Shown here: in pieces, positions 40,636-54,717 of the stretch
Layout: the number at the start of each line of letters is the position of its first letter
Position numbering within the stretch: the stretch's first letter is position 1
Source of the DNA: Octopus sinensis
Lineage: Eukaryota
Assembly (NCBI RefSeq): GCF_006345805.1
Contig: NC_043003.1
Location: 34,596,001-34,660,000 of the forward strand
Reading direction: 5' to 3'
Length of the DNA stretch: 64,000 bases
The notes under the pieces: generated by a model
Seen by the model: the letters and a program-made list of their open reading frames with translations, nothing else
Database searches by the model: none
What the model was told of the DNA's origin: nothing
Made by a program: the position numbers and the translations under genes

Positions 40636-42610
40636 ATAGGGGTATAGAGAATAAAATTAGACGGGTACAGAGAGAAGTTGATAAGTAATGGGAAAGAGAA
40701 AATAAAGTTAGGGAAATGTGTATTATGAAGATACAGGCAGAAGTAGATTGGCAAGAAATAAATATTCAAGTTATTGGGATAGACTAAATAATGAAGAGGG
40801 ATATAGATTAGAAATGATTGGTGGATGATACCGAGACAGGTATTCTGCATGAGAAATGATACCCCGTGGGACATCCTGAAGATTTGACCTATCTTAAGTC
40901 GTTACGGCGATCAGGATTTATTTACTCAATCTTTATATATCACTTAGTCATTTAAGCCTTACAAATCGTGGTTAGATATTGCTTCGTTGAGCGGCCCACG
41001 TAAACGAAAATTGCATGGAGTTGTCAATCATACTAGTCACAAACACACTGTGTGCCCTCCATTTAAATTTTTAATTAATTTTAATTAATTTCAAAGTTGT
41101 CTCCCGTGCGTTTTATGGCTAGAATTAATCATTAAATTAGTAATTTTTTTTCTACTCACAGTAGGTGTAATTTTCATTAATTAAAATGTTTTTGGCTGAT
41201 CACTTTATGTTTGTTATCAGCCACTAAAACTATTTGATCAGACTAACAGAATCTGGATATTAAATTTAATGGGAGTGTTTCTTTGGAAAAGAGATGAAGA
41301 GTGAGACAAATGTAGATATAAAGAAACAAGAAGGTTGTGTGACACATGATGAAAAAAACAAATAACAAGGAGAAATGCCGAAGGAATGTGAGTGAGAAAT
41401 ACAGGTAAAAGCAGATATCGTAAGAGAAACAACGGATATAAGTAAAACCAAAAAATGCTCATAAAGCGATCACAGCATGTTTACTTAAGTATCTCTTATT
41501 TCAATTAACATTAAAACATTTTAATTCGAGTGTTCTTGATTTAATTTTACAATATTTATTGTAAGCATATAAGAAAAAAACTTTAATGTACTATTTTTTT
41601 CTATTCAGAAACACTCCCGAGTTATGTATCCATTCTACCATTAATTAATTAATATTTTTTTTCCGAAAGCTATCCGAGTACCATTCTTGCTAACTCATTT
41701 ACTAATGATATCGCTTTCTCAGTTATTCATAGAGCGACGTCCTTTTTTGGTGTGTTTGCAACAACTTTAAATAAAATAGTTTTGTAACATAGCACTTCTG
41801 GACATCTGCTGTTATGAAATATACAAAAGTCTGCCACTGTCAACCAACCAATCACTCAATTTACAACACACACACACACACACACACACGCGTGTATGTT
41901 AGTGTGTGTATGTGCATGTGTGCGCTTTCACGCGCACGTGTATTATATTATATTATTACAGATTTTATTATTAAAAATTTTGACTTCGATTACTAATTCA
42001 AAGGTTTCATGACATGATTAAAATAATCTCTCCTTTGGCAGTGACATACTCTCCTATATCACATTCTGCCTCCCTATCCAGTCTTCTATTGATATCAGTC
42101 TTCCCCACCTTTATTCAGCATGCCACTAGATTCAGAGAGGAGGATAGAAAATGGACACTTGCCCGAGTCTAGAGAGGGATCGTTATTTTGTGGCGTCTCT
42201 ACGAACAGCACTTGGAAGTCACACCGTTTTAAAAATGTGTTTCTTTGCTTCTGTACTTCAACCGTTTCAATGCTTACATGTAGCCCTCACATTGTATTGC
42301 ATTGTATTGTATTGTAGTCGCTCAGTACCGTCATCAGTTGCTGTTATTATTATTATTATTATTATTGCTGTTGTTGTTGTTATTTATGTAGTTTTCTCTT
42401 TCACTGACCTCCCTTTATCATTTGTTTGCCAATAAAGAGCACACGAATAACTCAAACACGAAGCGATAGATTCAATACCTACATACATATCCACTCATAT
42501 ATGTATGCATGTATGTATCTGTACGTAAGCGTATATGATAGTATATACGTATAATGTATATGTGTGTATATATGTGTATGTGTATTTGTGTGTATAAATA
42601 TATATATGTA

Positions 42611-42660
<50 letters not shown>

Positions 42661-43527
42661 AATATATATGTGTGTGTGTGTGTGTGTGTGTATGTATATC
42701 TTCGTGTGATGTGTACGTATTTGTGTGCGCATCCAAGTGCGTACATTATTGCCCTTTGTGTATACGAGTTTTGCGTGCGAGTGTATGTATGCTTATATAA
42801 ACACACATAAACACGCAACCATTTTCGTGTAGTCAGGTAAAAAGACTCAAGTAATCAACGAAGCTAATATACACCACTGCATTCTTTCATATTTACGCTC
42901 GGCTATTTTTCATTGGCACACACGTTCACATCAAAAGCTTTAGAGACACTTACGTGCGCATACACAGCAAGTTTAATAATACAAGAAGCTCCCCTCGAGA
43001 TGTTCACACAATCTCCCATATAGATACGCGCGCGCACACACACGCATTAACATCCAAAGAGGTACGCACACGCACGTGTGCACAAACTCAAACGTACATG
43101 TATACACGCATGCTCCCTTAATAACTACGTCCACAGGATCTCACCACACTTTCCAATTAAGTCCCACACCAGCTAAGCGCTTCGGTTTTATTGGTGTTAC
43201 TCCGCGAGAGAATGCAATCGAGTCTCTGTGTACGCGCTTCTGTCTGCATGTATGTGTGTGCTTGTGCGTCTGTCCGTATATATGTGCATGTGTGCATATA
43301 TATATATATATGTTACACACAAATGAGTAGGGGAATAGGAGGAAGAAAGAGGTGGTGAATGAAAGAGTGAAAGGGAGGGAGATAAAGAAACAAGGAGACA
43401 GGTTCGTGTGTGTAAAGTAGGATGAAAGAAAACTATCCCGGTATGTATGTAAAGAAGGAGCTGAGTGGGATGGAGAAAAAGTGAGAGGGAAACGTTCATA
43501 GATGAAGGGAGAGGGAAAGATAGCTAG

Positions 43528-43581
<54 letters not shown>

Positions 43582-43796
43582 TTATATATATATATATAGA
43601 AAATGAGAGAGTGGGAGACAGAGAGACAGAAAGAGACAGAGAGAACAAGAAAGGGACAGAGAAAACAAGAAAGAGAATGAATTACAAAGTTTCTCGTGTG
43701 TAGTCATTATAGGGTTATAGGGGAAGTGAGTATGAACGAAAAAGGGTTGTATATATGGCTGTATCTGTATGTATGCCTGAGTATGTTTGTGTGTGC

Positions 43797-43833
<37 letters not shown>

Positions 43834-45009
43834 GAGAGAGAGAGAACGAGAGAGAAACAGAGAGAGCGCGAAGCAAACGTAGTGAGAGAGGGGATATAAA
43901 TAGAAAGAGCAAAGGAGAAAGAGATTTCTATATTTTTGAGACGGAAAGGGTGACAAACGAAGTGTGACTCGCACTTGTGCGTGTAAGCCTGTGAATATAT
44001 GCAAACGTGAGTATGCAAGTGAGTGTGCACACATGTATGGTTTTTGTTGCACTTGTGTATATATTAGTCTATATGTGTGTGTGTGCGATCATGATTGGAA
44101 CGGTGGGAGAAGTATGAAAAAAAGTAAAATCCTTGATTATGTGACAGTGAAACGGTGTGAAAAAAAAAAACAATAACAAGAACAATAAACTTATGTAAGG
44201 AATGGAAAATGGTAGGGTGGATTATAGAGGACGCGTGTGAAGATGTGAATGCGTGTCTGCACGTGTATTTCCTCGTGTGCAAGTATACATAAACGTGTAT
44301 AGCTGTGAAAGAGAAAAGGGAGGAGAGAATGGAATAGAAAGTCTCTTGTGTATGCTAGTGAATTAGCGTGTGTCATTGTGTTTATGTGCGTGCGTATGTG
44401 TGAGTGAGTGTGTGTATGTGTGCGCGAATTTGTGTGTGAATTTCTGTCCTTGTGTGCCTATGTGTATATTTCTGCTTGCATGTGAGTGAGGATGTATAAT
44501 GGCGGCCACGTTGGAGGTGTGTTACTCGCCATTATTGGTAAACTGGTTAGCGAAAGATTTGGCCACATGTGAGTTCTTTTGATGATGGTAATAGACCGTT
44601 GACTCACATTAGTTCTATGTGCTTGCCTACAGGAGGCGCCACGAAATGCGAACGTACACACAAGAGAGATACATTTATGAGGAAGTGGAATTTAGAAATT
44701 CAAGACAGAATTTTTCTATAGCCTTGCCGAAGCTTTGACAAAAATCTAATTGCAACGGGTTCGATTGTATTTAGAAACAATCTTTGTTTGCAAGCAGCTA
44801 GCATTGCAGGAACCGACCATTTCAAGTGTGGAACACTCAGATAGATCATGCCACTATAAAGGCAGTCGAGGATACTGTAAATTGCTGGTCACTAGCATCA
44901 GAGAAGCCATTGGCAATCGTTCGCTTGCATTTTATTTAATTTTCGCAGTTGCATACGTGCGTCTCTATATATACACATATACATACATATATGTATGTAT
45001 GTATGTATG

Positions 45010-45125
<116 letters not shown>

Positions 45126-45149
45126 GTGTGTGTGCGTGTGTGTGTGTGG

Positions 45150-45180
<31 letters not shown>

Positions 45181-46096
45181 GCACGTGTGAATTGTGCAGT
45201 TTCTTGTGTATGTACTCAGCACATCGAGTCCACATATATGTGTATTGCACTATATTGATATACATATATACAGAACGTACGTATATATGTATAAATGTTG
45301 GTAGATTAGTATGTCGGCAAGTAGCTAGGTACGTAATGAGTCAGTATGTAAATTGATTGATTAATTTATCTAATGCCATATTAGAAAATCTCACGCTGTC
45401 TGTATAGCTGGCTGGATAGATAGCTGGATAGCTGGATATCTATTCATCTATATACTTTCTCTTCTGGTTTTATATATTTCTACTTCACCATCTACCTGCA
45501 ACACAGGTTTGCATAACACATGTGTATGAAATAGTTTAGAAGACAATTTCTGTTGATAATCCCGACGAACAATCTAAGGATGTAAAGAGGAAATGATACT
45601 CTTGAATTTATCGTAAAAATATTGTTCACATCGTTTAACTATTCCTGAAAGCTAGGTGAAATGAGGTGTTAGAAACCTTACAGTAAATTTGATCTCAGAA
45701 CAAATAGATTGGCGATTTTATACCTTTTATAGCTTTATACCAATCCCTTTCCTTCTTACACTACGCTCATTTGCTAACATCATATATATATATATATATA
45801 TATGATTTTACATATGCATACAAACACCGAAAGACATGCACACCTACAAATGAACATATATCAGTGTATAAGTTTGTGTATATACACATATTTTTAAGCA
45901 ATGCATATATACGCAGACATATATCTACAAATTTTAATATCGTTACAGTAATTCACACGTATGCATTCATTTGGGTTTCTACACGTTTATGCAATGATCG
46001 AATTATCTTATCATCCATACATGATACTTATAGATATTTTCAAATTTATGCCATTCATTCATCCCGCCATTACGCTCATCCACATTTCCACTCACC

Positions 46097-46160
<64 letters not shown>

Positions 46161-46335
46161 CATATCTATTCTACACCTGTTTATCAAATAATTTTATATC
46201 TCGAAGGTCACTCCATCTGTATGATTGACATATACACAAATGCACACACATATTCACAAAAATATACACGTACACACATATATCATATATATCATATATG
46301 TGTGTATGTGTGTATGTATGTATGTATGTATATAT

Positions 46336-46367
<32 letters not shown>

Positions 46368-46399
46368 GACATACATGTTTACATACATTTATGCGTGTG

Positions 46400-46434
<35 letters not shown>

Positions 46435-46590
46435 ATATAAAATTAGAAAAAAATCCCACCTTTTATCAATTCAAAATGAACAATTAAATTACACCATCTA
46501 GAAAATTACATATAATAGAAATAGTAAAATTAAAATAACAATAAAATGTCAATGATTAAGTTTGGATTTTATTTCCTCAAATAATAATTA

Positions 46591-46648
<58 letters not shown>

Positions 46649-46683
46649 ACACACACACGAACACACACAGACATACATCGTAT

Positions 46684-47482
46684 GTTGATCTTTAACTCTG
46701 CTGTGCATGCGCACTTAGTTTTAACGTTCTAGCTCACTTTCGCTGTTTACACCAGTGCTAGGAAGTAACGTGTGTAGGGTGTGTTCGTCGCATTGACCAT
46801 GACAGAGAAAGTTGAGCAGAGAATCTACATCAAATTTTGCCAAAAGTTTGGCGATACCGGCTCAAAGGCCTATGCAGATTTCGAAACGTCTTCATGGTTT
46901 CCGATACAATCGAGGAGATTTTGTACAACTGAAACCCGAGTGTCTTTTTGGTCAACTGAAAGCAGTTTTGGCACAAACTTGGCAGACACGCGTCTCATAC
47001 CCAAATCTTCAGTGATAATGGACTGAATTGAACCGTAGCTAATCTGCACATCTTCTGAAATTTCACGGATAGTGATTCGACGATTTGTCTTCACATCTGC
47101 GATGTTTTTCTCAGTTCTGCTGGTTGCGGATTTCCCAGAACGTTCGTCACTATCGACATTTTTTCGGCCACAATCTAAACGTCTGAACCACCCCTACACT
47201 TGTGTGCAACTTATACACTCTTCACCATATACGTTCCGCAACTTTGCATAGGCCACTGAGCAGGTATCGCCATAACAACTTCCTCTGTCATGGCCAATGC
47301 GACGATCACACGTTACACACGTCACTTCGAAGCACTGCTGTAGACAGCGGAAATGAGCTAGAACGTTAAAACTTTGTGCACATGCACAGCAGCGTTCAAG
47401 GTCAATCTTTGCAAAGCGGCTTCTCTCTGTTTAGCTTCGTTACTATGGCAACACTCTGGATACTTATTGATCAGAGCCCGTA
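46684..47482. mobile_element. Mariner-family transposon derivative made of two head-to-head 5' ends
   Basis: Plus arm 46684-46877 encodes MTEKVEQRIYIKFCQKFGDT; minus arm encodes the mariner HTH region RRITIREISEDVQISYGSIQSIITEDLGMRRVSAKFVPKLL; TIR-like tacgggctctgatcaataagtatccag at the right end; ~190-bp imperfect inverted repeat between arms. Confidence 0.88.
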
Positions 47483-48236
47483 CGTACACACAAAACAAAA
47501 CACTAAACAATTGCAAAACATACGAATATACACATTTACATAAATATATACATCACCCCATCTGCAGCTCATTTAATCAGATCCTTGCCAACATATCTTA
47601 TTCTGCCTCTATCCTCTGGCCATTGTCAAGCTAAGGAAAAGCAAATGTATTTTGTCGACTAATAACCTTCCACTGTGTCGGTTGCCATTTTAGCTGCTAA
47701 TATGTTTACGTTAACCTGCTTAATTGTCTAAGACACACACTCGCTACCACATTTGTTTATTATTCTTGACAACTCTTTCAATTATATATTTCATGCCGTC
47801 TTTTGTAGAGGATGTGTCCATGCTGAAACTTTGCCAGTATGTTATTGTTTCGAAACAACAAAACGCTGTTTGACAATATATTCAAGGCAACATAATACAA
47901 CATAAGGTCGCACAAGAGAAGACAAGATACACATTACGACGACCACCACAGTAGTCTCAATACAAACTCAATGCCTATACAAATCATCAGAACTTCTCAT
48001 AACAAATAGAAGTATGCTTCTAATCTTTACATAAAACTGTGTATCGTATCAAGGGTGTTTGTTTTATATTCTTAACACCGCCCTTTAGTTTCTATGATAT
48101 TAAATGATCAAAGAACACCTGTCACTCTGTAGCCCCTTTCCTCGCTCTCATTACTTCCTTGTCGAGTTTTCAAATCTGTATTATTTCAGTGCCAGCGTTT
48201 TTTAATCGCAAACACAAACAAACAAACACACACACG

Positions 48237-48319
<83 letters not shown>

Positions 48320-48398
48320 TCCATCTCCTACTTTACCAATACTATTCCCTTCCGGTAATTTCGAAATGTAAACACATATGAATCGTTGGCGATCTTTG

Positions 48399-48572
48399 TT
48401 CTCCGTCTTCCTTTATTCTGGGACTTTCCTCTGTCTCCTGTTTCTTAAGTAGAGTTTTACTCGAAATGTAACATCAACTTTCTTTTCCTGAGCGTCTGCT
48501 AATACTTTGCATATACCACTTTCTTGCGTTGTTATTATTTCTTGTGTCTGTTTTTGTTTTTTTTTATTTACT
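48399..48572 (+). mobile_element. Decayed copy of the short hammerhead-carrying element (58191-58367 type)
   Basis: Shares the pyrimidine-rich leader, hammerhead remnant (CTTAAGT-A-gagt-ttt-actc-GAAA-TG-TA), 'ttcctgagcgtc..aatac..gcgttgtt' and TATA end. Confidence 0.7.
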
Positions 48573-48744
48573 ATATATATGTATATATAAAGATTCAGTT
48601 GAACGTGGAACTTAAGTTGAAGGCACGAGAATTTAATAAAAATAAGCAACAAGGTAACGCAGTAGGATAGTTTCATGCCAATCCATTTAATTGAAAATGC
48701 AAACATGAGACTTCCTGTAAAATTACGATCTCATAAAAAGTTCC

Positions 48745-49190
48745 GAGGATGAGATTTCCTGGGAAATTTCTAGGATTTCATGTCAAGTTCCAAGGATTTC
48801 CTGAATTCCGGGAAAATTGATCGGAAACTCCATGGAAAATTCAGAGGATTTTCTGATCCCGGGAAAATTGGTAGGAAACTTCATGGAAAGTTCCGAGGAT
48901 TACATTGAAAGTTCCAAGGATTTCCTGACTTCCGGGGGGAATTGATTGGATACTCCATGGAAAGTTCCGAGGAGTTCATGGAAAGTTGCGACGATTTCGT
49001 GACTTCCGGGAAAATTGGTCGGAAACTCCATGGAAAGTATCGAGGATTTCATGGAAAGTTCCAAGGATTTCCTAACTTCCTGGCAAATTGGTCGGAAACT
49101 TCCGGGAAAATGGTCGAAAACTTCCTGGAAAGTTCCGTGGATTTCATGGACAGTTCCAATGATTTCCTAACTTCCTGGAAAATTGGAAAA
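48745..49190. repeat. Higher-order minisatellite, ~73-bp unit built on ~21-bp subunits
   Basis: (t)ccgggaaaattgg anchors at 48807, 48858, 48931, 49005, 49078, 49173 (spacings 51, 73, 74, 73, 95). Confidence 0.92.
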
Positions 49191-50517
49191 TATATATAAA
49201 GATTATTTTTAAGAGAACGTGGTTCAAGAGTATTGTTGCTGCTGAAGAGGTCACCATTGTCTTTATTGTCAATATTTTGCCCAAAGAAGTAGCATTTGAT
49301 TTGCGGAGTATTTGTCCGCTACTACTAACAGATCAAGTAACTACGTACAGAGCTACGTCAGGACTTTGGTCCGTGTGATATAAAGCAAACTTGGACTAAA
49401 TTTCTGGCACTTCGAGTAATGATATAGCAGCTGCCTTTTAATCTCGAGTGAGTTGATGTAGATTTAGTTTAAACTTGAACGCTAACTGTATATGAATAAA
49501 TCTATACGGATACAAAACATTAATGGTGTAACATAATACCACCACCAGCATCAACAGCCAACCCACTACATGTGAAAGAGGGAGCTTCTATAGGTTTCTA
49601 CAAGCTAACGCAGGAGCGTCTAGTGGCCACTCTAACTGCTAGAAATGGTAGTAACTGCCCCTTAAATCTCAGCTCATCAAACTAAGAAAAGGTACATTGG
49701 ATCAGGGTAAGTGGCCACATCTCAGACACCCTTATTGAATACTCACTAATGTTCATTTCAACTTACATCTCTAGATGAATGTATATCACTATAATGCATA
49801 AACTAGCAAGATACAACCTAACATACTCCTCTTCATGAATTATGTCAATGTAGGATATTATGGCCATTATTATGGTATAGCTTAATTAAACTCTGAATAT
49901 TTGGCGGTGCATACATGTAGTCGTATATACAAGTATATAGACTCGTCGTTTTCAATGTTCAGAGAATTGTTTGTTTATAATAAAAGAACAAGTATGCGTA
50001 TGCATACTTGCGTGTATATGTGTGCGTATGTGTGGTTATTCCAGTGTGTATATTTGTGCGCGCGCGTCAATCAGGCATGTGCACAAGTATGCGTACTTAT
50101 CGATGGTGCCACGAGAGTGTTATCTTCTTGCGACTATTAGCCTCATAAACGGTATTTTTCAATAAAGTTCCTTTTCATGCGTGTATACTATACATATACA
50201 TGCACACACACAAACACACACACATACACACACATGTATGTATATCTACATATATACGCGTGTATATATGTAGATGTATATGTATACACGTATATATGTA
50301 TACATACATATATATATATACATACATATATATATATATACATACACATATATATATGCATACATATATATATATATACATATATATACATACACACACA
50401 TATATATATACATACACATATATATATATATACGTACACATATATATATATATACATACACATATACATATACATACATATATATATATATACATATATA
50501 CATATATATATACATAC

Positions 50518-50555
<38 letters not shown>

Positions 50556-50837
50556 ATGTATATACACATATATACGTGTGTATATATGTGTGTATGTGTA
50601 CGTATATATTCATAAACGCACGCGTACTTCTACAGTTAGGCATACACACACTTATAAATATTTGAGTGTGCATATGGAGAATTGTTGGTGTATGTGAAAT
50701 ATAGTGAATTAATGACGAGAATTTGTTAATATATAGCTGCTGCTGATGATGATAGTGATGATGACGATGATGGTGGTAGTGGTGGTGATGGTAGTAGTAG
50801 TAGTAAGGATAGTAATAATAACCTCTATTATTTACAG

Positions 50838-50868
<31 letters not shown>

Positions 50869-51514
50869 AGTGGTGGTGTTAGTGCTGTATGCGGTTAAGT
50901 ATATTCATGTGAGTAGCTGGTTGAATTATGTCATCCGAGGGAATGGTTTACTACAATATAGTGGTCGGTGCGTGGGCTATTATTAACATCGTCATCATTA
51001 TTATGATTAAATTATCTTAGTTATTGTTGAGATTGTTGTTGTAGTCATTGTTTTTGTTTTCTCTTATTATGTTTTTAATGTGTATGTATATGTGTGTGTG
51101 TGTGTGTGTGTCATTTAGTTTATTTGCGTTTCTGACTGTTTTTTTTTTTTTTTGATTTGGCGTTTGCAGTGAATGGTTTACTGCTCTGTGGCAGACGGTT
51201 TGTCGACTATCACCACCACGACCACCACCACGACCACCACCATCAACATCATCATCATCATCACCGCCACCGCCACCACCGCCACCACCGTCGCCGCCGC
51301 TGCAACCACAGCCATCAGGTGATAAAGGAATTGTTGTTTTGTTTTGTTGTTGTTGTTATTGATGTATTTGTCCTTATTGATATTGCCATTCTTCTTCTCA
51401 TCATCCTCCTTCTTCTCCAACACTACCCCACTCCTCTTCTTTTCTTATTATTTCCTGCATGTATAACTATGTGTAAATATATACGTGTATATAAACTTGT
51501 ACGCATCATATATG

Positions 51515-51560
<46 letters not shown>

Positions 51561-52739
51561 GACACATATATTTGTAATTGTCTGTGCATGTGCAAGAGTT
51601 GGGTTTGAGGTAGATAGGTGGGTTCTCCCTTTCCTTTTTATTTTATTTTTTCATATATAAGTGAAGCCAGCTATTGTTGCTCTAAACTGTTCAAGAATAG
51701 CGTCTGTGATAATGAGAGCATCATTAGTGCCAGTGATAATGGCCATTGCTGCTGAAGCTAGAATCTCTTGGCCGACAATCTCAGCTGGAGAATTGTCGCC
51801 TTTACTAACAACAACTAGTCGTCGCCATTGTTTAGCTGGGGGAGAATTTACTGGGCGACAGACAGCAGTAGAGCCAATGTTTGGTGGTACGAGTGGTTAG
51901 ATGCTGTTTTACTGCTGAATTAGTTATTGTGGTGTTGTTCATGATGTGTGGTGGTGGTGATTGTTGGCGGTGTTTAACGGTTGGTTATTGTTGCTTTTAA
52001 TTGGAGATGGTTTGTGGGACCGGGCATGCTGCTGTTGATAACCAGCCGTTTGCTGACTGACGATAGAGGTTTGGTAGTTATTCGATCATTGCTGTTTTGT
52101 GTTACACTAGCGTAGTAGCTGTCAAAAATGATGGTGTTTATTTGAAAATGAAACAAAATGTTTTCATAAAGGTTTGTAGTTAACTAAATAATAATAATAA
52201 TAATAATAAAAGAAAACAAACATTGCACTTGTTGATTTTGTATATCAAAAAAAAAAAAAGATAGGGCACCATAAAAGCGAATAGTGAAGTCAAATCAATG
52301 CCGGAAATTCATCAGCAAAGATAATGTATACAAATATGTAAGTATATAGAAGCGTGGTTCAAGCTATGATCTTAGAACAAATTGCAGCCAGGCAGCACAC
52401 ACACGCGTGCGCACCCACACGCGTGCGCACCCACACACATATTGGCAGTCTTTAACACAGACGTCTTGTTAGGACACTGAAAACTGCATTTCGTATATAT
52501 AAAAGCACACACATATATTTCGTAACAGACGAGAATCGTTTGTTATCGGCATCGGTATTCCCGTATTATGTGATTTCATTCTTCTGGAAATCATCATCGG
52601 GAAGCTTCCGGTTACCGCATATCAGTCAAATCTCGCTGCTGCGATATATAAAACATCATTATCTTTTCAGACACTAATGTTGCAAATAACCAGCAGGATC
52701 ATCTAAAAGTAATTATTAGCGGCGGAAGCATTATTAATA

Positions 52740-53045
52740 CCAAAAGGTAATCTTTATATCGAACTTAACATGGGCGTCTTATTAGAGCACCGAATACTGC
52801 GCCATGAGAGATCCTCTCATACAGGCGTTTCAGGACTTCGCCCCGTTGTCACGTTTCCTCTGGAGACTTCGCAACCTTCAGAAAGAAACGCCCAACATCG
52901 AATGGACCATCATCAACAGGATCCCACCTTACTTAATCAGCGCCTGCAATTGCTAGGTCTGTCTCAGCGTAAGACTGTACATTCTTCACTAATCTGTGGT
53001 GCTTGTCAACAAGTAACACAAACAATCTTTCTGCTCCATCAGAGG
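52740..53045 (+). mobile_element. Penelope-like GIY-YIG endonuclease C-terminal fragment, decayed
   Basis: YIE...RILRHERS, then PLSRFLWRLRNLQKETPNIEWTIINRIPPY..C*VCL resembling LS..IW.LK...I.W.I...Y...C.LC. Confidence 0.7.
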
Positions 53046-54171
53046 CATACCCGATTGGTGATTTTTTTAGGCTACTAGGAAAAGCATTTCTCCAAATTAT
53101 AAATTTAATCCAGTATGAGCCATATTATCCTGATACCAGAATAATTTCACATTTGTTAGGTGTTTTTGAAGAAGTAGGAGTTGAAGAAGAAAATTGGTTT
53201 TAATTTATTTAAGTCACTTGTACCAAATAAAAATCAGTCTCATTTTTCTTTGATCAAAAATATTTGATTGATGCGCAAAATGTTCTTTTTTTTCTCTTTT
53301 AAATAACTATCATAGGAAACTGTTATGGTAAATGATAAGGACTACAATGTGAAATCTCTTATTCATTTCTGATAGTGAATTTCTTTGTTGAGGTCTCCAC
53401 CGTTCGTGTTATCGTAGTTCATGTAATAAACGGGAAGAAGATAATTATCATTTCCTATCGCTGTACATCTGTACTTGTGTGTTTATATAAATTATTAAAG
53501 CTAAAATACACACACACACACACACACACACACAGAGAAGAGCAATGCAGAGTAAATAATAAGTTATAGAATCACGTGTTTTCGAGCCTGTAGTAAGTTT
53601 TTCAGTTTGATTTTTTTTCTAGTACATGCTAAGTATGCAGTCTAGTTGGATGCCTCGCAAGTTTCGAAAGTTGATATCTATGTAGGATAAACTGAGTATC
53701 TTACTTACATAATTTAAATCTAATATAATAACGTCATTTCTTCATAAATTCTAACAGTCATTCAATGTTTACTATAATTCTAATTTTATTTATTGAATGT
53801 TATTGGACGATTAAAGGATGCAAAGGGAAATTAGACGTAACATACCGGAAAATTACACAAATTGGGAATCAAACGTGTTAATACTGTATTATCCTAATGA
53901 CTAGCGGAAAACCGCCAGGCGAGTGGTGTTTCTGATAAATCGCCATGGTGTTGCTGGGATTACTGTTCTCCGGTAGATACTCTTGATTTTAGTGGTGGTA
54001 ATGTTGATATTATTGTTTGACACTTTACTTTCTCTGCGTATGCAGTCTTTATGTGTAGGTTATGTGCAACTTGTAATGATATTTAGTGTAAGATTTTTGA
54101 GGTGCCTGTGAATATTCTAAGTATGCACATGTTTTAATTTCGTTTTTAAACCATCAAATCTTCTATGTAAT

Positions 54172-54370
54172 CCCGCCATAATAGATCATTAGCCACTACA
54201 CACATTTTTTTTCTCCCCTTGTTTCTTCTGAGTACCTTTCTGTAGAAGAGCGTAGGCTCGAAATGTAAAAGACTTTTTCTATTCCTGAGCGTTATACTAA
54301 TACATCTGTTTGTTTTGTACACCACCTGTCTTCGTCTTTTGTTTTTTGCGTAAACTTTCCCCATATATAT
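54172..54370 (+). mobile_element. Short ORF-less hammerhead-carrying element (~200 bp)
   Basis: Homologous to 39085-39210; 3' half 'ttcctgagcgtt..aatac..ttttg..aacttt..atatat' shared with 58191-58367 and 48399-48572. Confidence 0.8.
54236..54271 (+). ncRNA. Minimal type-I hammerhead ribozyme motif with A6U core variant
   Basis: cttt-CTGTAGA-A-gagc-gtag-gctc-GAAA-TG-TA-aaag. Confidence 0.72.
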
Positions 54371-54717
54371 CTTATAGACGGGTTATAGATAATTCCTTGT
54401 ATGTTATTTATTTTTGTGTGTATGTGTGTGCATGTTGTATGTATATGTTGTTTGATGTTATCATTACTTAATCTGATGCTATTTGGTGTTGCTAGTTGAT
54501 GCTATGGGAGATGCTATGCTATGTTGTACGTTAAGTCTGATTATAAGAGTAAGTAGATTGATGTATGGTTCGAGAGGTTTTGCATCAGTCTCTCTGGTGA
54601 AAGGTAAAACGCTGCCTCGGTAATACCAGCTGCAGATGAGGCTGTGCATGTTTTCTCTGAGTGTGAGCCAGTCATACTGGTATAGGTGGAAAATAGCGGG
54701 ATAGGCCAGATACATCT

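Noticed and set aside
44498-44720. ATGGCGGCC (YY1-like/start codon) with GTGAGT donor and nearby acceptor
   Set aside because: Splicing them creates an immediate stop; no other promoter evidence.
48745-49190. Regularly spaced repeats as a CRISPR-like array
   Set aside because: The intervening sequence is itself repeated (no unique spacers), there are no cas genes, and the context is eukaryotic.
51170-51900. Possible exons (His/Pro-rich 51170-51318; frames open on both strands at 51653-51900)
   Set aside because: No recognisable domain; low-complexity triplet composition explains the open frames.
53041-53203. Frame AYPIGDFFRLLGKAFLQ...EEENWF* followed by AATAAA
   Set aside because: Directly continues a Penelope-like relic, the apparent acceptor lies inside that relic, and no homolog is recognised.
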